Below are positions 43,666-52,600 of a DNA stretch of 64,000 nt, in pieces (the first letter of the stretch is position 1; every line of letters starts with the position of its first letter). Made by a program: the position numbers and the translations under genes. The DNA comes from Gammaproteobacteria bacterium (GTDB lineage Bacteria; Pseudomonadota; Gammaproteobacteria; Eutrophobiales; Eutrophobiaceae): assembly GCA_965204045.1 (NCBI GenBank), contig CBDBDW010000002.1, positions 3,026,260 through 3,090,259 of the forward strand, read 5' to 3'. The notes beneath the pieces were generated by a model. That model did not search any database, was not told the origin of the DNA, and worked only from the letters and a program-made list of their open reading frames with translations.

Positions 43666-46600
43666 CTAATTTCCTCGATAATATTCCCACTTTCTGACAT
43701 ACTGTGATTCCGTACCTCCTCCCTTGATTGTGTTATAGTGCGTCTTCCAGTAATTTGCTTGACCTGTTAGATTTCCTGCTGCAGGTAAACCATCAGTTAC
43801 TCTCAAATATTGCATTCGTGCCATTGCTGTAGCATACGCATCGTTATGTTGAAGGTTCCATAGCTTATTACCCGAAGTTAAGAAAGCAGAAATATTTTCT
43901 GCCAATGCAGGATCATATTTCAGAAAATTTGCCCAAATATCATTATGTGTTCTAGGCTCCATCTGATAGAGACCTAAACCCGGTCCGCCGCTTAATTGTC
44001 TTCTATGAACCAAATCACTTTCTTGTATAGCGGTTCCCAGCAACAATTCTTCAGCAGCAGCACCGCCCATGCCTAATTCATCCAGCGTTGGTTTGATTAC
44101 CTCATCCAGAAATTGTTGGGCCCTGTTCCTCGCAGCCCTTCTGGCATGACTCTCCGCATTAAACAACTGCGCCATGGCAGAGGTCAAGGCCCCGTTGGCA
44201 AACTTCCCCCCGGTAATCCTGGAGATGGTGCCGCCCACGGTGGCCGCAATGGCCGTCCTGCCCAGCACCGCCGGGGTACTCACGTCATCGTACCTGAACC
44301 GCCCCATCACCGCCTTGGACAGGCCCGCAGCCAGGAACCCGTGACCGAACTGCCCGCCCTGCAACTCCGCCAGTATACCCCCGGCCAGCCCGTGTGTCAG
44401 GACGTGCGCCACACCGCCATCGGCCAGTCCCGTCACCGCCGAGAAATGCTGCCCGATGGCAGAGAACGCCGCGGCGCTGATGCCCCCGAACAGGGCACCC
44501 TTGAACGACCCCGTGGCTATCCCGCCGGTTAAGAACCCGAACTGGAAGGCATGGATCCAGGACTCTATCACCCAGGCCTGCACCCCCGGTATGGCTAACA
44601 GCGCAATGCCCAGGAACGGCGCAAAGTCCCCGAACAGCTTGTTCAGGCCCTTGAACAGTTTCTTGAAGATATACCCGCTCGGGTCCGTGGCGTTCAGCGG
44701 ATTGTTCAGCACATAGCTGTAGCGGTTCCAACTCTGTGAGTAATTGGGGAACTGTATGATGGGGTCGGCCTGCATAAACCGCCCCAGCCTCGGGTCATAG
44801 ATACGCCCGTTCATGTGGATAATCCCCACCGCATCCAGCATCTCATGCCCGGTGAAGCCGTACGGGGTCTTGCTGCCATGGCCGGTGTCCGTGAGCCGCA
44901 GCAAGGCCAGCACGGTCCAGTCGTCCGGGGCCCGGCGCTGACCCCAGGCATCGAAGCTTAAGTCCTGCACCACCGTGCCGAAGGCGTCGGTGATGACATC
45001 GATGCTGCCCAGGTGGTCGTATAACAGGTAGCAGGTCAGCTCCCCGGTGCGGGCGCCGGTCTTGTCGTGCGTCTGCTCAATCAGCACCCCGTCGGTGATA
45101 TAACGCTTCCAGGTGTAACTGCCGCCCGGGGCGATGACCTTCTCCACGTTGCCGAGGTACAGGGTGGTGGTAGTGGTGGTGCCGTTGTTGTCGCGCATCT
45201 CATCCGTGCGCTTGATGCGGGTGCGCTCAGGCCCGTACACAAAACTCGTCGTGGTCGTGCCCTTCTCAATGCTCGCTACCTTGTTGAAGGGGGTGTACGT
45301 CAGCGTGCGCCCGGCCCCGGTCAACTGGTTGCCGTTCCTGTCATAGGTGTAGCTGTGGCTGCCGGCGCGTGTGACCGCATGGGGGCGGGTGGACCCGTAG
45401 GTGTAGTTCCTTGCCCCCATGGCGGTGCAGTCGGTGTTGTCCAGGTCGCTCTTGCAGGTGATGTTGCCCAGGGCATCGTAGCGCACCGTCTGCGCACGCC
45501 TGCCGGTCACCTGCGCCTCGGTCAACCGGTTGAGGTTATCGTAGGTGAACCTCTCCGTGAGCATCTTGCCCACCGAGGTCTCGCCCCGGCTCGTCAGGTT
45601 GCCCACCCGGTCCCATTCATACGTGAGAGCCTGTACCTGCCGGTCCAGCACGTCTTTGCCGGTGATACCCTCAATGCGCCCGGTCTTGTCATTGAACGTG
45701 CGGACGGTGCGCACGGCCCCGCCCCCGAGTTCCTCCCCGGTCACGTTGCCGCGGGCGTCCTGCGCGGTAATCGTCCGGTAGGTCTTGCGCGGGGTGTCAT
45801 TCACGTGCACCCCGTCGGTCCACTGGTACGCATAACCCCAGTCGTTGTAGTGCACCTGCACCACGTTGTCGTTCCAGGCGGCGTCGGTGTTGCCCGTGCG
45901 CGTCGCATCGAACAGCTGGTGCACGCGCCCGTACCGGTCATAGGTCTGTTTGCTGTAATAGGTCCCGTCCGTGCCGAGGTTGTGCGTTGTCGTGGCCAAA
46001 CGCCCCAGACTGTCGTAGGTGTGCGTGCGCGTAGTGGTCCCGTCCGTCACCTGCCCCAACTGCCCCAGGCCGTTGGCCGGGTCGTAGGTCCAGGTTGCCG
46101 TCGTCACCGCCGTCGTCGCCTTCGGCAGGGTGTCCTTGCGGGTCTTGAGCCGGCCCAGGCCGTCGTAGGCCATCGCCTGCACGTTGCCCACCGCATCGGT
46201 CTGCTTCACCAACTCGTCAAAGCCGTTGTACTCGTATTTCCATTTGTTCCGGTCCGACTCGCCAGTGCCCGTATAAAACGGCGCGGTCTCCTCGACCTTG
46301 CGCCCGCGCTTATCGTAGGCCCTCGTCACCACCACGTCGCTCACCCCCGTGCCGGACGTCGTGGTGCTTGTCACCTGGCCCCAGGCGTCGTAGCTGTGCG
46401 TGACCGTCGTGCCGGCATGGTCCGCGCTGCGCACCACCTCGCCCAGGGCGTTGCGGGTCTCGGTCTGCCGCTGCCCCTTGCCGTTGGTCGTGGTCGTCAC
46501 CTGCCCGGCGTAACTCACCGTGATGACGCTGTTGGTGGTACCGGCGACATAGTCCGGCAACTCGGTGCGCGCCACCCGGCCCAGGAGGTCGTAGGTGTAT

Positions 46601-49600
46601 GACGTCCAGTAACGGCTCGCGCCCGCATGGTAGGGCGCGCTCTGCCGGGCCACCCGGCCCAGGTTGTCGTAGGCCGTGTCCGTGACAATCCAGGTCTTCT
46701 CGGCAAACCCCTTGGTCGCCGTGCGCACCACCCGGCCCAGCGCGTCCCGGTACTCGCGGGACACCCGGTCCGTGCGCACCGTACGGCCCGCCTCCGTGCC
46801 AACGTTGCCGGGTTGCCGGGTCTCGATGTAATATTTCGCCCCGGTCGGGCAATTCGAATCGCAGGCTTTCCATGCCGTGCCCGTGTACGCGCCGTCCGCG
46901 CTGCGAGCAAAATACAACCGCCCGCCGGGGGTGTACTCGTAGGTCGTACTCACCGTGCGCAGGGGACTGCTGTTGATCACCCGTTCCGACTGCACCGGCA
47001 GCCCGTGCTGGTTGTACGTACTCATGCGCCGCACCACCCGGTTCAGGCAGTCCCGCTCCTTGACCACGAAACGTCCGTAGCTGTCGTACTCCACCGTGTT
47101 GTGGTTGCAGCGGGTCGCGTTCTTCTTGCCCGGGGTCATGCCCCAGTCCACGTCCACCCTGGCCTTCACCCGGTTGCCGAACTTGTCGTAGTCGTAGGTG
47201 GTGGTGTGCGCCGGGATGCCGTCCTCACCGTCCCCGCCCGGAATCGCCTCCCGCACCTCCGTCTTCAGCAGCCCCTTCCTGGGGTCGGTGTTGTCGGTGT
47301 TGCCGGTGTTGTTGCCGGGGTAATAGGTAAACGAGGACGTGCGGGTGGCCGTCAGCTTGGCATCGTAGCTGTCGCTGTTCGCCGTCTCGTTGCGTTTGCG
47401 CGTCACCGTGGCCTGCGTGAGCCGGCCGCGTTGCCTCGCCCAGTCGTCCGGCCCGTAGGTGTTCGCCGTCACCTGTTGAAAGCGTTTGCCGTTGGCGTGG
47501 TCTTCCGTGGTGGCGGTAATCGTCGTCGGGTTGCCGTGGTTGTCCACCGCGGTCACCGTCGTCACCGTGCTCAGCTTCGCCCCCGCCGTCTCCGTGCCGT
47601 TGGCCGTCACCGGCAGGGCGTACACGTCTTCCACCGAGGTCTCGATATAGGGCTGCAACGCCCCCAGCCGGGCGCTGCCGGTGCCGGCGGTGGGGCCGGT
47701 CTGCTCTGTCCGGGCGTCCCAGGACGACTTATAGCCCTTCAGCTTCCAGGTGTTCTGGGCCGCGCGCAGGAGCTTGCCGCTGGCCGTCCTCACCTCCGTC
47801 CTGAGCGGCAGGCCGATGTACGGGAAGTCCTGGCGGTAGGTGGTGGCGGTGCGCACCCCGGTCTGCAGGTCCACCGTGGTCAGGGTGCGGAACCCCAGCA
47901 GGCCGCGCCCGGCAGCCTGCATCTTGCCGCGCTCGTACACGTAACCGATGCCGCTGGTGGCCTTCGCGTTGGCCGCGGTCGGGGCGCTGCTCCGTACCTG
48001 CGTTACCACGTACAGGGGGCCCATCAACTCCAGCACCGGGGCATCCCCGGCGGTGTTTATCAACGGTTCAGTCAGCGAGCCCTTCAACGGGTCTGTCTTG
48101 TCCTTCGGGTCCGCCCAGGGGGCGTTCAGGGCCTTGTAGAACGCATCCGCATCCTGCAGCGTCGACTCCACCGCCGTCCAGCAGTACTGCCCGCCATCGC
48201 CGTCCGCGTCGAGGCGGGCCAGGCGGACGCGCAGGGCAGCGCCGAGGTCCCAGGTAATACAACGCGCCTCCCCCGGCGTGCTGTGCAGCTGCGCGATGCG
48301 CACGTAATTGTCGGTGGCGCCCAGGGACTCGTAGGTAACCTGTGTCTTGGCCTCCAGGCCGTTGGTAATGGCCGTGATGAGGTGCGGGCGCCCCGCCGTG
48401 TTGTGGTGGTACACCTTCAGGGTCTCCGTACTGCCGCTCGCCTCGGGCACGTGCAGCAGGTCGCCGTTGCCGTCGCCGTTCATGTCGGCGCTGAAGAACA
48501 CCTCGGCGTCCTCGCCGTCGGTGTCGCGCACGTGCGCCGGCGCGCCGGTCTTGAACGCGCCGTGCGCCGGCGACCAACGCCGGACCACCAGCCGGTCGTT
48601 CGGCACGTCGTGGTACAGGAAATCCGGGTAGCCGTCGCCGTTGTCATCGTGCAACGAGGGCGAGGAGGGCGCCTGGTCGCCGGCTGCCACGCCGGTCAAC
48701 TTCGTGGCCGCGGTGAACCCGGCGCCGGTGCTCAGGCGGTAATGCCAGTTGCCGGTCCACCGGTAGTTGCCCTTCGACTTCCTATACCACTGCCCGACGA
48801 AGTACACCAGGTCGGTGAGCCCGTCCCGGTTCAGGTCTGCCACCCGCGCGCCCTTGGGCAGAATGGTTGCATAGGTGTCCGACAATATTATCGGGTCGGC
48901 GCGCCCGTAATGCTCGAATCCCGTATCCGTCTGCCGGAATACTTCCAGCCGGCGTTGGTCCATGAGCAGCTGGAATATATTAGACCAGCTGGTCCCCCAG
49001 GTAATCAGGTCGGCCCGGCCGTCCCCGTCCACGTCCGCCAGCGGCAGGTCCGCCTGCGCCAGGGTCTGCCAGCGCAGGTAGGCCGGGCGGGTGCCGGGCG
49101 GGCTGCCCTCAGGCGGAAGAATCGGCGCCAGCTGGGTAAACGGCACGCTGAGGGTTTTTGCGGGGCCATACTTGTAGTACTGGTCCGAGGTCACCGTCTT
49201 CGCCGTGTCCCGCTTCAGGTAACGCACCTCCAGGTGGTACCCGAGCGGCACCTGGGTGAGCCCGGCCGGCAGCTCGTTGTTGTCCTTGTCCACGGCGACC
49301 AGCCGGTAGGCGTCCGCCAGGCCGTCCGCGTCCAGGTCCGCATAGCGGTAGCGCTTGTTGAAACGCAGGACCATGCCGGCGCCGTCCAGGCGCCAGCCGC
49401 CAGTGGTTTGGGGCTTGGCCAGGTACACGGTTGTCCGGTCCGTCTGTTCGCTGTAGACCATGATATCCAGGCGCCCGTCGGCGTTGTAGTCCACCGCCTC
49501 CGTGTGCACGCGCAGGTTGTCGCCGTAATCGGATTCCCCGTAATCATCGCCGTACTGCAGGGCGGACCGGCCGTTGGTGAAATCCTGCCCTGTCAGGGCG

Positions 49601-52600
49601 CCGTTGGCCGGGTCGGCCAGGGCGTACTGGATGCGGTGGTTTTCCTTATCCTCATCAATCTCGGTCCACACCAGGTCGGTGTGGCCGTCGCCGTTGAGGT
49701 CCGCCGGGGTGAAGTCCACCGGCGTCCAATCATCCCTGTTCAGTGCCAGCGCAGTCGCGGCCGCGGACTTGAACCCCGGCGCCGGGGCCGACCAGGTAAA
49801 TTTGGTCTCCGGCAGGCACGCCGATGTGCCCGACCCCACGCACTCCTTGACCCCGGCCAGGCGCGAGAGGACATGCGTCGTAGCGCTCCCGTAGCGCAGC
49901 CGGTAATTGCGCAGGGCGCTCAGCGCGCCTGACGTGCCTGCGCCATACACCGTGATTTTATTCAGGCGTTGCGTGCCCTGCAGCTTGTACCCGGCCAGGT
50001 AGCCCAGGGTGTTGTCTTTGCGGTTGCCGTCGTAACTGAAACGCGCCTCGGCCCGGGCCGTGTTGGTGGCCCCGTAAGCGTAGCTGATTTTATTGATGCG
50101 GTGCCCGTCTGTATCGGCCGTATAGTCGTAGAGGATTTTATTGCCAGCGCTGTCCTTCACCTGTTGCAACGCCCAGGTCAGGATCTTGTCACTCGCGGTG
50201 TTGCCTGTCCGGTTATAAACTTTATGCTCGCTGTCGTCCTTGCCCGCGGCGCCGTAGGTGGACACCGAGCCGTCCTTGCGGGCCACCTCGAAGTAATCCG
50301 GCTGGCCGTTGCGGCTGCCCTTGACCGTCACCGTCAGGAACCCGTCTGTCTCGGTCTTGTAGGTGGTGTTCGCGGCGCCGTAGGTCTGCGTGCGGTCCGT
50401 GCGCAGCAACCGCGCCCCGTCCAAGCAGAAGCGGTCCTTGTCGTTGAACCGCAGCGGTTGCGCTTTCCCGTCCTGGGCGTAGGTCTGGCGGCAGCGGGTG
50501 ATGGCCGATAACCCGTCAAGGCTCCAGCCCACCCCCAGCAGGCCGTTGCCGCGCTGGCTGTTGTAGTGCAGGCCCAGCGGCGGTGTCGCGCCGGCGCTGC
50601 CCGGCGGCAGCGGGAGGTCGATGCGGTAAGTGGCCGCGCCGCTCTCCGCCACCCGGAACTCGCCCGCCAGCGTGCCGACCTTGTCGGCATTGATGCTCTC
50701 CGTGGCCGGGACGATACTGTCGGCCGTTGTCTCGGCCGGGCGCGGCGCATCCGGCACCGTGCCGTCACCCACCGCCACCGTCAGGGCCTTGCTCCAGGGG
50801 CTGCACTGCGCGTCGCGGCAGGCGCGTACCGCGTAGTGCCAGTTGCCGTCTGCCAGGGCGCTGAACGCCACGCGGGTCGCCGTGCCCGTGTTGCGGACCG
50901 TCGCCGTCTCCTGGTCCTGCCGGATGCGCAACTCATACCGGGTCGCCCCCGTCACCGGCTGCCAGCTTATGGTGTGTCCGCCCGTGCTGCCCGGCGGCCC
51001 GCTCAACCCGGCCGGCGCCGTCAGCGCCGCGGCCGGCGTACCCCGGGCCGACTCGCTCCAGGGCGAGTCGCCTTCAGCGTTGCGCGCCCGCACCTGCACC
51101 GCGTACTCCACCCCGTTGTCCAGGCCGGTAATGGCCGTACTGGCGCCGGTACCGTTGAGCGCCCGCGTGGTCCAATTCGCGTTGCTGCCGTGTTCCCGGT
51201 GGCGTATGGTATACCCGGTAATCGGGCTGCCGTTGTCCGCCGGGGCGTCCCATTCAACGCCCAGCGTTCCATCCCCCGGCGTCAGGGCCGGGGCGTCCGG
51301 GGCGTCCGGCGGGCCGGCCTCGGGCACGGTCACCGTCAGGGCCTTGCTCCAGCCGCCGCACACCGTGCCGCGGCAGGCGCGTACCTGGTAGGTCCAGTCG
51401 CCCGCGGCCTTGCCGGTGAACGCCTTGCTCGACACCTCGCCGGCGTCGTACTCCGTCCAGGCGGCGGCGTCCTCGTGTTTCTCGCGCAGCAGGTAACGGG
51501 CCGCATTGCCCGTTTTGACCCAGCTCACCGTGTAATCCCCCGACACGCCCGGGTCGGTCGCGGTCGGCACGGCCGGCACGGGCCGCTCGGGCACCTCCAC
51601 CGTCAGGGCCTCGCTCCACTCGCCGCACGCGCCCGAGGCAGGGCAGGCGCGCACCCGGTAGCGCCAGTCGCCCGGCGCCTTGCCGGTGAACGTCTGGTTC
51701 AACACGTACCTGGTGTATTGGGTCAACCATCCGCCCGCGCCCCGGGCCTCCTGCAACAGGTAGCGCTGCGCCCCCGTCACCTTCTTCCAACTCACCCTGT
51801 AGTTGCCCCACACGTCGGGGGCGGTCGCGGTCGGCAGGTGCTGGGGCGGCTCCGGCACCTCCACCGTCAGCGCCTCGCTCCACTCACCGCATACGGCCGG
51901 CGCGTTGCAGGCGCGCACCCGGTAGCGCCAGTCGCCCCCCTCCCGGTCGCTGAACGCCTTGCTCAAGGCGGCGCCCATGTCGTGCCGGGTCCAGTCCGTG
52001 TCGTCCTCGTGGCGCGCTTCAAGCTCGTAACGGGTCGCATTGTCCGTCCTGGTCCAGCGCACCGTGTAGCGCCCCGCCGCGTCCGGCGTCGTGGCCGTCG
52101 GCTTGGCCGGCGTGGCCGGCGGCACCGGCAGGGTGACCGTGGCCGTCACCGTGCTGCTGTCCGCCGCCGTGCACGCCAGCGTATCGGTGCGCGTGCGCCT
52201 CTGGTTGGTGGCCTGCCAGGTCCCGCTCAAGCCCCGGTCCGTCCCGTTCAGGGTGCACTTGTTCACGTTCACCCCGCGCCAGGTCAATACCGCACTGCCG
52301 CCGTAGGCCACCGTGGGCGGGTCCCAGGTGAGCGTGGCCGCCGGCGTCCGGGCCACCACCACGCTGACCGGCCCGGCCACCACCGTCGTCCCCAGCAACA
52401 GCCGGTAATAATACGTCCCCGACACCGTTTTGCTGAGCGCTTTCGAGGTCGCCCGCGTGCCCACGCCGGCGACGCCCGTCCAGGTCCCGTCGTCCCCCAC
52501 CCGCTCCTGCAACACCCGGCACAGCAGGTTGCCGCGGAAACTCCCCAGGCAGCGGGCGCCGGTCCAACTCACCGTGTAATTGCCGTCCGTACTCGGCGAG